NCBI GenBank assembly: GCA_964529295.1
Contig: CAZGUR010000001.1
Location: 7,855 to 49,361, forward strand
DNA from: an uncultured Rikenellaceae bacterium
Lineage (GTDB): Bacteria > Bacteroidota > Bacteroidia > Bacteroidales > VadinHA17
Reading direction: 5' to 3'
Length of the DNA: 41,507 bases
A program made the position numbers and the translations under genes. The notes under the pieces were generated by a model. The model was given only the letters and a program-made list of their open reading frames with translations. It was not told the DNA's origin and did not search any database. Of the stretch, positions 1-9,061 are shown one piece after another (the stretch's first letter is position 1; each line of letters begins with the position of its first letter).

Positions 1-1
1 C

Positions 2-100
2 AAAAAGCGAAAAAATCATAAAAAGGAGCCGGCAAAAAGCCTGAAGGAAAAAAGAGTTTCAAAAGCAGCAAAGCGCGATGAGAAAAGGACAAGAATATGA
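2..100 (+). CDS. Possible 3' end of an upstream gene (lysine/arginine-rich tail), truncated by the window edge
   Basis: Frame 2 is open from the window start to TGA at 98-100 (KKRKNHKKEPAKSLKEKRVSKAAKRDEKRTRI*). The stop overlaps the ATG of the next gene as ATGA (97-100), which suggests translational coupling. Only 33 codons are visible and the region is A-rich, so support is weak. Confidence 0.3.
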   Translation, partial: KKRKNHKKEPAKSLKEKRVSKAAKRDEKRTRI

Positions 101-2343
101 AACTGGCCTATATCGCAACTTATCCACCCCGTGAGTGTGGCATAGGTACATTTACAAACAACCTGTTCAAATCCATGCTAAGCGGGAAAGCAAAGCGGAA
201 TGAAAAGAATGAGGGCTTTGTGGTTGCGATTAATGATAATGAACTTGAGTACAAATACCCTGAAGAAGTTAAGGCGATTATCAGGCAGGATCACCAGGCA
301 GAATATCTGGAGGCGGTAAAATACATCAATTTGAGCGGTGCCGACCTTTGTATACTTCAGCATGAATTTGGTATTTTCGGGGGCCAGAGCGGAGTTTATA
401 TTCTTCCATTGTTGCACCGGCTTGAAATTCCGCTTGTTGTAACACTGCACACCATTCTTCAGGCACCATCATATAATGAAAAAGCAATTTTAAGGGAAAT
501 TTGCAAAATGGCGCATAAAGTTGTGGTAATGAGCAATAAAGCCATTGAGTTTTTGACCAATGTTTACGATGTGCCGGAAGAAAAAATTGCATTGATAGAA
601 CATGGTGTCCCGGATATTCATTTCGATCCTGAAAAATCAAAAAAAGAGTTTAAGCTTGAAAACAGGAAGGTGCTGCTGACTTTCGGTTTAATAGGGCGAA
701 GCAAGGGCATTGAAACGGTAATAAATGCATTGCCTGCAGTGGTTAAAAAATATCCTGAACTCCTCTATATTGTGCTGGGGAAGACCCATCCGAATGTGTT
801 GAGACACTCTGGTGAAGAATACCGAATTTCCCTTTTGCGCCTGGTAAAAAACCTTCAGCTTGAGAAAAATGTCCTGTTTCTGAATGAATTTATTGACGAA
901 CATAATTTATTTAAATATTTATATGCCTGCGATATTTATATCACACCCTATCTTAGCAAATCCCAGATAACCAGCGGAACATTGGCGTATGCAGTTGGAG
1001 TGGGAGCCGCTGTTCTTTCAACACCATATTGGCATGCTGCTGAACTGCTGGCAAAAGGAAGAGGAAGGCTGTTTAATTTTAATGATTCGGATGAACTTGC
1101 GAAAATATTAACCCGGCTCTTTGATAAACCGGAAGAACTGAAGGAACTAAAAATTAATGCCGGTGAATATGGTAAAAAAATGACCTGGCCAAAAACCGGG
1201 GAAAAATACCTTTCTCTGGCCAGTACAATACTTAAGGAAGAGCATCTTGAAGTTGATAAAAAAGAATCGGCATTCGATCTGCTCATTCTCCCGCCTTTTT
1301 TACTAACTCACATCAACAGGTTAACAGACGATACCGGCATTATTCAACACGCTAAATACGGTATTCCGAACCTGAAAGAGGGGTATTGCCTCGACGATAA
1401 TTCGCGGGCTTTGCTTATGGTGTTAATGGCTTACCGGCAAATGAAAGATAAACGGGCGCTTGAACTGTCACCTGTTTATCTGAGCTATATTCATTACCTC
1501 CAGAATCCGGATGGCACTTTTAGGAATTTTCTGAGTTTCAGCCGTAATTTCCTGGATGAGAAGGGGTCTGAAGATTCATTTGGACGGACAATCTGGGCCC
1601 TTGGTTATCTGCTGGGTAATGCACCAAATGATGCTTATTACCAGACAGGCAGACTTATATTCTTTAACGCAGTTCCAAATTTTGAAAAGTTAAGCTCCAT
1701 CAGGGGAATTGCCAACACCATGATTGGAATCAGTTATTATCTGAAAAGCAATCCTTCGGATGATTCAATGACTGAAATGTTAAGAAGGCTCGCTAATGTA
1801 TTGTTGAAGCACTACAATGACAACCAGACCAAAGGCTGGAATTGGTTTGAATCTTTGCTGGCGTATGACAATGGAATTCTTCCTTTGTCCCTCTTGCACT
1901 CGGCCGGAATATTAAATGATGATATAATAAAGCAAACGGCCATTGATTCCATGGATTTTCTGACAGAGCACACACTGAAGGATAATTATCTATCGGTAAT
2001 AGGCAATGAGAAATGGTATAAAAAGGAAGGCGAACGCTCTGTTTTTGCCCAGCAGCCCATCGATGCCATGGCAATGGTGTTAATGTATCACCAGGCATTT
2101 CATTTAACAGAGAACAAAGAGTACCTGAATAAATTATACACTTCATTTTTATGGTTTTTGGGTGAAAACGATTTGCGTATGAGCCTTTACGATTTTGAGA
2201 CCAAAGGGTGCTGCGACGGTTTTGAAAGTTATGGTGTGAACCGTAACCAGGGTGCCGAAAGTTCACTTTCTTATCTGATCTCCCACTTAACCGTATTGCA
2301 GGCATACGAAGAGTTTCATAAATCAGATTTGATGATTGTATAA
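97..2343 (+). CDS. Family 4 (GT-B, group 1) glycosyltransferase fused to a roughly 350-aa C-terminal (alpha/alpha)6-barrel-like domain
   Basis: 748-aa ORF. The N-terminus 'MKLAYIATYPPRECGIGTFTNNL' and the region '...ITPYLSKSQITSGTLAYAVGVGAAVLSTPYWHAAELL' are typical of GT4 enzymes. The C-terminal half has periodic helical-repeat signatures (YCLDDNSRAL, GSEDSFGRTIWALGYL, LAYDNGILPLSLL, QQPIDAMAMV, NQGAESSLSYL) like alpha/alpha-toroid glycoside-hydrolase or terpenoid-cyclase folds. Confidence 0.8.
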   Translation: MKLAYIATYPPRECGIGTFTNNLFKSMLSGKAKRNEKNEGFVVAINDNELEYKYPEEVKAIIRQDHQAEYLEAVKYINLSGADLCILQHEFGIFGGQSGVYILPLLHRLEIPLVVTLHTILQAPSYNEKAILREICKMAHKVVVMSNKAIEFLTNVYDVPEEKIALIEHGVPDIHFDPEKSKKEFKLENRKVLLTFGLIGRSKGIETVINALPAVVKKYPELLYIVLGKTHPNVLRHSGEEYRISLLRLVKNLQLEKNVLFLNEFIDEHNLFKYLYACDIYITPYLSKSQITSGTLAYAVGVGAAVLSTPYWHAAELLAKGRGRLFNFNDSDELAKILTRLFDKPEELKELKINAGEYGKKMTWPKTGEKYLSLASTILKEEHLEVDKKESAFDLLILPPFLLTHINRLTDDTGIIQHAKYGIPNLKEGYCLDDNSRALLMVLMAYRQMKDKRALELSPVYLSYIHYLQNPDGTFRNFLSFSRNFLDEKGSEDSFGRTIWALGYLLGNAPNDAYYQTGRLIFFNAVPNFEKLSSIRGIANTMIGISYYLKSNPSDDSMTEMLRRLANVLLKHYNDNQTKGWNWFESLLAYDNGILPLSLLHSAGILNDDIIKQTAIDSMDFLTEHTLKDNYLSVIGNEKWYKKEGERSVFAQQPIDAMAMVLMYHQAFHLTENKEYLNKLYTSFLWFLGENDLRMSLYDFETKGCCDGFESYGVNRNQGAESSLSYLISHLTVLQAYEEFHKSDLMIV

Positions 2344-2391
2344 ATTACAGGTGAATTCAGTCAGCCCTTATAGCACGTGTCATTATAGCGC

Positions 2392-3873
2392 TTACAGATC
2401 CTGTTTCGGTTTTTTCAACTCATTCAAAAGTTCGCGCAGGTTAACAGTGGCATAAGTAGATGCATAGTCAGACATGGCATAGGGTATCACCAGTTCATCA
2501 TTATGAATCATAGACCCGCAGGAATATACAACGTTGGGCACATATCCTTCCCTCTCCGCGATATTGGGAGCCAGGAGGGGAGATCTTAACCTCCCTATTT
2601 CTTTCCCGGGATCCTGGAGGTCGAACAGTGAAGCTCCCAAAGCATATTCACGCATGGGGCCAACCCCATGTGTTATCACCAGCCAGCCCTCCGGTGTTTC
2701 AACAGGCGAACCTCCATTTCCGATTTGAATAAATTCCCACGGAAATTCAGGACTCTGCAGCAAGCTGGCTTCACGCCACAGGTTGATATTATCAGAATAG
2801 GAAATGTAATTATTGGAACCGTCCAGGCGACACAGCATGGCATATTTTCCATTAACTTTCCGGGGAAAAAGTGCCATGCCCTTGTTTTGGGCAATTTCGC
2901 CATGGAGGGGCAGTATGTTAAAATGATAAAAATTCCTGGTATCAAGCATCTTAGGCATTATGGCAGTGCCGTCGTAAGCAGTGTAGGTGGCATAATAAAT
3001 TATTTCACCATTATCTTCTGTGAATTTTACAAAGCGGGCATCTTCAATCCCGTTTTTCTCCTTAACCGAAACCGGGAATATTACTCTTTCGGAAATGTTG
3101 GTATCCAGCGAAAACTGAAGCTCGTAATGCGACGAGGCCAGCCAGATAATCTGATCGAAAAGAATTTCTTTATCGCCGGCCAGGTGAAGTGAACTCCTTG
3201 CATCTTCTATGCAATCCCTCAATTCACCGTAAGTAAATCTATCCTTTAACCTGTCGAGGATTAAACCCGAAGGTATCAGGGCATGGATATCCTTTATTTC
3301 ATCGAGCTTGTTTTTAAACGATGCCTTATCATAAACATGTTTTCTTATATGCTGTGCTTCCTCCAGCATATTGCCAACCGGTTCAATGGAAAGGTTGTTG
3401 TTTATATCCAATACGCCGGTACGAAAAACTATTGACGAAATATGACCTTCTCCGGTTGCCCTGAAACTGAGAATTACCCTTTTCTCTCCCGGGCCTGTCT
3501 CCGACTGATCAGGGTGTTCCACAACAGACGGATTGAAAAAAGCAGCCGATTCAATGGAATACTCCATGGTGAAATAGGATCCTATAAGTGTCTCTTGCGA
3601 AATGCTAAGCGATCCAGGATCAACATCCAGCAGCTTTAAAAGATGGGATATCCTGTTGAAATGATTTTTGAAAATTGTGGAAATATTTCTGTGCCTGAGG
3701 GAAAAATCCCTCAGAACGGGGCTTAATGCCTGCGATACCGATTGCTCAGACATCTTCAGTACGGAACGTATCGTATTAAGCGCTCTTTCCTCACCTGTAT
3801 AAAGAAAGCGGGCAATTACCCTTGATGAATCAGGAAGGAATTTAATATTCTTCCTGTTAACTGCAACCTGCAT
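2392..3873 (-). CDS. GH130-like (DUF377 / 'PH1107-related glycosidase') beta-propeller protein with a roughly 170-aa N-terminal extension
   Basis: 493-aa ORF. C-terminal motifs 'GGSPVETPEGWLVITHGVGPMREYALGASLFDLQDP' and 'EGYVPNVVYSCG' match the GH130 glycosidase / beta-mannoside phosphorylase fold as I recall it. It is convergent with the GT4 gene, with 48 bp between the stops. Confidence 0.65.
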   Translation of the reverse strand: MQVAVNRKNIKFLPDSSRVIARFLYTGEERALNTIRSVLKMSEQSVSQALSPVLRDFSLRHRNISTIFKNHFNRISHLLKLLDVDPGSLSISQETLIGSYFTMEYSIESAAFFNPSVVEHPDQSETGPGEKRVILSFRATGEGHISSIVFRTGVLDINNNLSIEPVGNMLEEAQHIRKHVYDKASFKNKLDEIKDIHALIPSGLILDRLKDRFTYGELRDCIEDARSSLHLAGDKEILFDQIIWLASSHYELQFSLDTNISERVIFPVSVKEKNGIEDARFVKFTEDNGEIIYYATYTAYDGTAIMPKMLDTRNFYHFNILPLHGEIAQNKGMALFPRKVNGKYAMLCRLDGSNNYISYSDNINLWREASLLQSPEFPWEFIQIGNGGSPVETPEGWLVITHGVGPMREYALGASLFDLQDPGKEIGRLRSPLLAPNIAEREGYVPNVVYSCGSMIHNDELVIPYAMSDYASTYATVNLRELLNELKKPKQDL

Positions 3874-4048
3874 TGTTTATTTCTATTTTGGTTAAAGATA
3901 CTGTATATAGCGGATTAATTGCAAGTATTGCTTACAATCGTTGGATCTACACCCTTATCCGCGATTCCGTACAGATACACCCGACAGTAGCCGAACTCAT
4001 TCCTACAATGCTGGAATCATTAAAAGCGGAATAAACCCTGTTTCGCGT

Positions 4049-4081
4049 ATTGCCAATAAAAAAAGGATTGATCATAATGAC
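4049..4081 (-). terminator. Rho-independent terminator downstream of the DUF4382 gene
   Basis: On the minus strand the 9-bp stem aaaggattg / caatccttt (4073-4081 pairs with 4053-4061) has an 11-nt loop and runs directly into a U-tract (plus-strand A-run 4049-4055, its first three positions forming the base of the stem). It lies about 50 bp past the stop of 4134..5024. Confidence 0.65.
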
Positions 4082-4133
4082 CAATCCTTTCTTGTGGATT
4101 GCCCGGTACGGGCGTTTGGATGAAATTATCCTG

Positions 4134-5024
4134 TTACAACCCGGAGATGTCTATAGGAATATTTGTTGTCTTCTTGCTTTCAACAACCACGTCTTCCACT
4201 TTCCCCAGTACCTCACCAAATTCACCGTCAACTGATGTTGTAACCACCAGGTCGTATGTAGTGGGTGCAAGGTATACAAGATGGTAGCTGCCTTCATCGT
4301 CTGCTATACCACTTGTTACTGCATTGGGAAAACGGGGTATGGTGTCATTTGCAGGTTCGTCTGCCTCAGAGGCCTCATATGTGTCATCTTCATATGCAAA
4401 AACCACTATATCAGTACCCTCGGGTATGTTTGTTATACCACCGCTTATTTGGCCTGCCTGGTTGTCAACCATTAGCCTGATAGTTGGTTTGAGGATATAA
4501 TTACCCACTCCTGTTTTAATAACTGATTTCCTTGCGTCAAAATCGGCTGTTATATCCACTGTTCCGTTTGCGGGCACTGTGAATGCGCCTACAGCCTTCC
4601 ATCCTGACTGGTGTCCGCTGGGCACAAAAAGCTGCTCGGTGCTTCCATCGGCAAACTCAATATAGCAGCCCGGGTTATTATGAGCTGCACCTCCCATAAC
4701 GGGGGCATCAAGCATAAACCTGAGCTGTGTATAGGTGCCTGCTTCCATTTCAAAGCTGCCAAGGAGTTCAGATACACCGTTGGTAAGCTCGAGCAAATTA
4801 AATTCTTTGGGTCCGTCAAAACCTTCAAATGTATACCATTCATCGTCACTCATATGATACTGTATTTCTGTAATGTTCAGCCATACACCGGTAACATCGG
4901 CATCGTCAATTGGTGCATCAGTAATAGAAAGGTTAAGGGTGCCTGTATTACCGTCTTTCTCACATCCTGTAAAAAGGAATAATGCAAAAAATGGTAAGAA
5001 TAATAAGCTTCTTAATTTTTTCAT
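4134..5024 (-). CDS. DUF4382 domain-containing lipoprotein
   Basis: 296 aa. Signal peptide plus lipobox 'LFLFTGC'. 'LNLSITDAPID...VWLNITEIQY', 'FNLLELTNG', 'EAGTYTQLRFML', 'LFVPSGHQSGWK' and 'DFDARKSV...GNYILKPTIRL' fit the DUF4382 pattern. Confidence 0.75.
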   Translation of the reverse strand: MKKLRSLLFLPFFALFLFTGCEKDGNTGTLNLSITDAPIDDADVTGVWLNITEIQYHMSDDEWYTFEGFDGPKEFNLLELTNGVSELLGSFEMEAGTYTQLRFMLDAPVMGGAAHNNPGCYIEFADGSTEQLFVPSGHQSGWKAVGAFTVPANGTVDITADFDARKSVIKTGVGNYILKPTIRLMVDNQAGQISGGITNIPEGTDIVVFAYEDDTYEASEADEPANDTIPRFPNAVTSGIADDEGSYHLVYLAPTTYDLVVTTSVDGEFGEVLGKVEDVVVESKKTTNIPIDISGL

Positions 5025-5104
5025 GGCAATAAAATTTTTATTGGTTTTCGTAATTTGTAATCTACTCCCAAGACGATGGAAAGCAATGAAGGGTTGGAAT
5101 AAGG

Positions 5105-6346
5105 CTATTTCCTCAGTAAATATTTAAGGGATAATGTAATATTAACAGAGGCATTATGTGTGACATTGAGATAATCAGGTATGCTTTCATTGCCGGCATA
5201 TATATTATTCAGACCGTACCAGGCCCTGAAGCCTGTGCCCAGTCCCAGGCTGCCTGCAATCGGGAACACATATTCATACCCTGCCTGGAGTCCGTAATCC
5301 AGCGTGGTATAATCACCGGTAATATAGATTGTTTCCGAACCGGTATCCTGTGATGCATTATGCAGGTAGGCTATGTATGGTCCCATATTAACAGCATGTT
5401 CACCCTCCAAAAAACTGCCGGAGTATATGAAATATCTCAGTGACAGGCCCAGCCGGGTATAGTTAAACTGCATATCGCTGTTTAGGTAGTTGCCATTTAT
5501 ATACTCATTATATTCCTGTTTATTCTGTGCCAGTATATTCAGGTCCATTTGCAGGTCTATATGCTCTGCAAGGCTTGTTCCTCCGTATATGCCAAAACTG
5601 GATCCGAAAGAAGGATTTGTTGACACCAGGCTGGTGCTTTTTAACCCGCTTATTGTTTTCTGGTTAACCAGCCAGGTGTTAGCCAGCTGACCGGTGCCTC
5701 CTATATAGAATTTTTTAAAGGCTTTCTTTATTTTTTCCATACCCTGTCCTGTGCCACCGTCCCGCTCATAAATAATTTCCGTGTTTATACTGCCCGGAAT
5801 GTTAATCGGGGGAATGCCGGCAGCTTCTTTAAGGTCTGTTGCAGCCATATAATAAGGTACTGTTTTATCCCTTGCATACTGCCTCTCATCAGCCACTACA
5901 GTTATCATTCTCTTCCCCTGATCCGGACTGTCTTCTTTTGTTTGCTGCTGTGTGCCGGAAGTCTGTCCGTCTGCGTGCTGGTCTTTGCCCTGTGCTTTCG
6001 CGGTCTGTTCATCAGGCACCTGTTCGTCCATTACATCCACCTGTGTGCTTTTCTTTTGTCCGCCAGGACCTTCATCATGCCGGACTTCGGCAAGGGTGCT
6101 GTTATTTCCGGGTTGTTCCTGCGTTAAAAACCGGCGATATACACCGGCCAGAACCAGTACAAGAACACCGGCTGCAGCTGCTGCCCTTAATCCTCTTACC
6201 AGCCTTGCCCTCCTGTCAAGATTCCTGCTTATCTCCTCCCATGAGTCGTCTATATCAAGATTATCATGTATATTTTCCCATACTGATTCGGGAGGAAACA
6301 GATCATTTGACTCAACTTTCTTTTTATACCATTTTAAAAAGTTCAT
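5105..6346 (-). CDS. Anti-sigma-like protein: short cytoplasmic N-domain, one TM helix, low-complexity linker and a C-terminal outer-membrane beta-barrel-like domain
   Basis: 413 aa, starting 3 bp after the ECF sigma gene. N-terminus 'MNFLKWYKKKVESNDLFPPESVWENIHDNL'. Hydrophobic helix 'LRAAAAAGVLVLVLAGVY'. Q/D/E/K/T-rich linker of about 100 aa. The C-terminal ~240 aa show alternating beta-strand patterns ending '...VNITLSLKYLLRK', resembling the PF13568-type OMP beta-barrel family. Confidence 0.7.
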   Translation of the reverse strand: MNFLKWYKKKVESNDLFPPESVWENIHDNLDIDDSWEEISRNLDRRARLVRGLRAAAAAGVLVLVLAGVYRRFLTQEQPGNNSTLAEVRHDEGPGGQKKSTQVDVMDEQVPDEQTAKAQGKDQHADGQTSGTQQQTKEDSPDQGKRMITVVADERQYARDKTVPYYMAATDLKEAAGIPPINIPGSINTEIIYERDGGTGQGMEKIKKAFKKFYIGGTGQLANTWLVNQKTISGLKSTSLVSTNPSFGSSFGIYGGTSLAEHIDLQMDLNILAQNKQEYNEYINGNYLNSDMQFNYTRLGLSLRYFIYSGSFLEGEHAVNMGPYIAYLHNASQDTGSETIYITGDYTTLDYGLQAGYEYVFPIAGSLGLGTGFRAWYGLNNIYAGNESIPDYLNVTHNASVNITLSLKYLLRK

Positions 6347-6349
6347 TTT

Positions 6350-6895
6350 TCAGGCACTGTATTTATTTACCATCGACATCAGCATCTTCCTGGCACGGCT
6401 GAACTGCGATTTTGATGTCCCTTCTTTAATATTCAGTTTTTTAGCTATCTCATTGTGCGAATATCCTTCAAGGGCGAAGAGGTTAAAGATCAAACGTGCT
6501 CCCTCTGGCAGCCTTGCCACCAAATCCAGTATATCCCTGGCTTTCATCTCTTCAAGCACCCCCGGCTTAAAATCCTCAACCGGTTCATCGTAGCTGTCAT
6601 TAATATAACTGTGTTCCCTCTGGCGTTTCCTCAGACTGTCAATTGCCGTATTTGACACAATTCTTCTTATCCAGCCCTCCAGTGATCCTTCCATATTAAA
6701 GTCCCTTATTTTTCTGAAAATTTTGATAAAGGAATCCTGGAGTATATCCTGGGCCATATCCCGGTCACCGGAATAGCTCATACATATACCGTACATCTTA
6801 GTGGCGTACTTCCTGTAAAGGATCTCCTGGTATTGCCTTTTATTGTTTCTGCAGCCTTCCAGGATTTCCTTCTCACTGTATAAGTCGACCTGCAT
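6350..6895 (-). CDS. ECF-type RNA polymerase sigma-70 family factor
   Basis: 181 aa. Region 2 is 'DRDMAQDILQDSFIKIFRKIRDF...EGWIRRIVSNTAIDSLRKR'. The region 4 HTH is 'LPEGARLIFNLFALEGYSHNEIAKKLNIKEGTSKSQFSRARKML'. Confidence 0.9.
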   Translation of the reverse strand: MQVDLYSEKEILEGCRNNKRQYQEILYRKYATKMYGICMSYSGDRDMAQDILQDSFIKIFRKIRDFNMEGSLEGWIRRIVSNTAIDSLRKRQREHSYINDSYDEPVEDFKPGVLEEMKARDILDLVARLPEGARLIFNLFALEGYSHNEIAKKLNIKEGTSKSQFSRARKMLMSMVNKYSA

Positions 6896-6899
6896 TTAT

Positions 6900-7613
6900 C
6901 TATTCAAAAACCACTCTCAATGACCTGTCAAGGCGTGATGCCAGTAAAGTAAAAAGATCTGTGTTATTTTTATCGTTTATAAAAATAATTTCTTCACTAT
7001 CATCATCATCATCGTCTGCATTGCCAATCTCTGCCTTCATAAGCTGGCCCAGGTTGAGCAGGCGGAACATTGATGGTGTATCAAATACTATCCTGGCCTT
7101 GGCCGGCATATCTTTTCTTAAAATCACCTGCCTGTTGCCTTCCGTGTTTTCAGCTTTCACATTTAACTGCTCGCGGAAGGAATATTCAAACTGTACCGGA
7201 ATTTCTTTAAGCGGACCCTGCTGATACCGGCCCTTAAGCATAATGGCGGGACTGTCATCATTGCCTGCGTCAACCATCAGTTCTATTATGTTGTAGATAC
7301 CCTGTGGGATGTCGAAGCTCACATGCCGTCCGTCCTCTCCCTTATGCATTTCTGCCTGCAGCGGATCATCGAAATTACGGGTAAAAAAGTAGCTTTCTCC
7401 CTGTTCCCGTACACCGCTGAATTCAAAGCCATTGATTGTCATATAGGCTTCATCGATGGTAAAGTGTGATCCGGATTTTAAGTTCTCCGACAGATCGTAT
7501 AGCTCCATATCAAAGCCCAGATCCACCTTAACTGGTACCTTCAGTTCATCTTCTTCACATGAGCTGAATATAAAAAGTACCGTGAGCCCGGACAACAGGA
7601 ATAAATTTTTCAT
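6900..7613 (-). CDS. Uncharacterised lipoprotein with a poly-Asp tract
   Basis: 237 aa. Signal plus lipobox 'VLFIFSSC'. Acidic run 'GNADDDDDDSEE'. Its stop lies 4 bp upstream of the ECF sigma gene start. I recognise no family. Confidence 0.7.
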   Translation of the reverse strand: MKNLFLLSGLTVLFIFSSCEEDELKVPVKVDLGFDMELYDLSENLKSGSHFTIDEAYMTINGFEFSGVREQGESYFFTRNFDDPLQAEMHKGEDGRHVSFDIPQGIYNIIELMVDAGNDDSPAIMLKGRYQQGPLKEIPVQFEYSFREQLNVKAENTEGNRQVILRKDMPAKARIVFDTPSMFRLLNLGQLMKAEIGNADDDDDDSEEIIFINDKNNTDLFTLLASRLDRSLRVVFE

Positions 7614-7669
7614 TATTTTTTTATTTTTTCCTCTATTTGTCAGACGATACGGGACGGAAAAAGGTTGTA

Positions 7670-9040
7670 TTATTCAATAATAATATTCCTTACATCCCTT
7701 GACACCTCTATTACCGGTCGCCGTTCTATATCCAGGAAATCAGCAAGAGGGTCGGGCATGCGGCGGTAGTTAAGCACTGCTGTCAGCCTGTACTCGCCTG
7801 CAGGGATATTATCCGGAACAGTGAATGAATAATTTTCCATTCTCTCCTCCAGGGGCTCAAGGCGGTTATGTATCTCCTCTACCGTAAGCCACTGTGCATA
7901 GGTAAATTCTCCTTCGGAATCAAGGAAGGCGCTGTGATAGAGCCTGTCGCCCTCGGTCAGACCGTCCCTGGCTATGGGTTCGGATAATGTGCTGTGAGAC
8001 GGATATGCAACCATGGCGTTGCTGGTACGGAAATATTTATCATTGGGGTCGTTGCTGTTAACAGGCACCGGTATATGCAATATTTCTTCACCGTCAAGGC
8101 TGTTCAGGCTGACATGCAGCCATACATCGCGCTCTTCCACTGAACCGGTGGGGAAGTTATGGCCTGTGGCCAGCGCTTTAACCATCAGGGAGAAATCCAC
8201 TTTCTCCCCTTTTGAGACGGGGTCAAATTCCTGCCTGAAGTAAACGCCTGCGGCACCTTCAACAAATTCCTTAAAGCCTCCGCCCCACCAGTGGTCTGTA
8301 TTGTGAGGTCGTATCATGCCCATTTTTGCCGGTTTGCCCTGCATGGGCTGCATGTGGCACGACTGGCAGGGTATTCCCCTTTCGGGATACACGCTTTCGG
8401 CATATTCATGTTCGGTGGCCTTAACCCATACATCATAGGGGTTTAGCTCATTATGGCATGTAGCGCATATCTGTTCGGCCTCATATATCTCCGACATCTG
8501 TGTATCGTGGTGGGGCGACCAGGGAAAGGGCAGGTCGGCCCGCTTGGGATCCACTTCGGCCGTGGCGTGTGATATATAATCGTGGTTAAAGGGCGGATCG
8601 TTCTTAAAGCGGTCAAGTGTATGGCAGAAATCACAGAAGATGCCCCTGTCGGCCCTTGTCTTTGTATATTCACCCGGATTCCAGTGATTATCGGGTTCAG
8701 CGGTACGCGGTGGTATCATATCACCCGAGAGGTACGCAGACGGTGAATGGCATCCTATGCATCCCTCATGAGCATCGGCCAGTTTTTCATCCAGCCCGAG
8801 AGAGGGCAGTACAAGCTCATAGTACTGGGCCTGGAAAAAGTCGCCCGAAAAGCCTTTTGAATGCTGTGAAACGCTCCACCTCTCGAACCTGTCCCAGTGA
8901 CAGCCGGAGCATTCCATGGGATCCTCGAAATAGTAATATTGCTTGTTCTGGTTCTCCTTATCATTAAGTATCACCATGCCTGTCAGCATTATGGCTGTTG
9001 TTGCTGCAAGAACCGGAAATATAATTTTTTTAGTCTTCAT
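7670..9040 (-). CDS. Pentaheme c-type cytochrome with a non-heme C-terminal domain
   Basis: 456 aa with an N-terminal hydrophobic signal or anchor. Five CXXCH motifs (CSGCH, CIGCH, CDFCH, CATCH, CQSCH) sit in the first ~240 aa. The remaining ~200 aa are beta-rich and contain 'ATGHNFPTGSVEERDVWLHV'. There is no CXXCK motif. Confidence 0.85.
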   Translation of the reverse strand: MKTKKIIFPVLAATTAIMLTGMVILNDKENQNKQYYYFEDPMECSGCHWDRFERWSVSQHSKGFSGDFFQAQYYELVLPSLGLDEKLADAHEGCIGCHSPSAYLSGDMIPPRTAEPDNHWNPGEYTKTRADRGIFCDFCHTLDRFKNDPPFNHDYISHATAEVDPKRADLPFPWSPHHDTQMSEIYEAEQICATCHNELNPYDVWVKATEHEYAESVYPERGIPCQSCHMQPMQGKPAKMGMIRPHNTDHWWGGGFKEFVEGAAGVYFRQEFDPVSKGEKVDFSLMVKALATGHNFPTGSVEERDVWLHVSLNSLDGEEILHIPVPVNSNDPNDKYFRTSNAMVAYPSHSTLSEPIARDGLTEGDRLYHSAFLDSEGEFTYAQWLTVEEIHNRLEPLEERMENYSFTVPDNIPAGEYRLTAVLNYRRMPDPLADFLDIERRPVIEVSRDVRNIIIE

Positions 9041-9061
9041 ACGCTTATGATTAATATCCTG

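Noticed and set aside
3874-4133. Small ORFs (3941..4123, 4050..4235, 4099..4287) in and around the GH130 / DUF4382 intergenic region.
   Set aside because: They overlap the terminator hairpin or the 3' end of the DUF4382 gene, are 60-62 aa with no motifs, and are most simply explained as chance ORFs.
5952-6593. Long antisense ORFs opposite well-supported genes. Examples: 5952..6593, 10239..10871, 2668..3192, 16184..16807, 16536..17075, 17294..17803, 31617..32081, 32127..32657, 33548..34060, 38215..38691.
   Set aside because: Each lies entirely within, and antisense to, a gene with clear family motifs. Their products are low-complexity or Cys/Arg/Pro-rich with no recognisable domains. They look like shadow ORFs.
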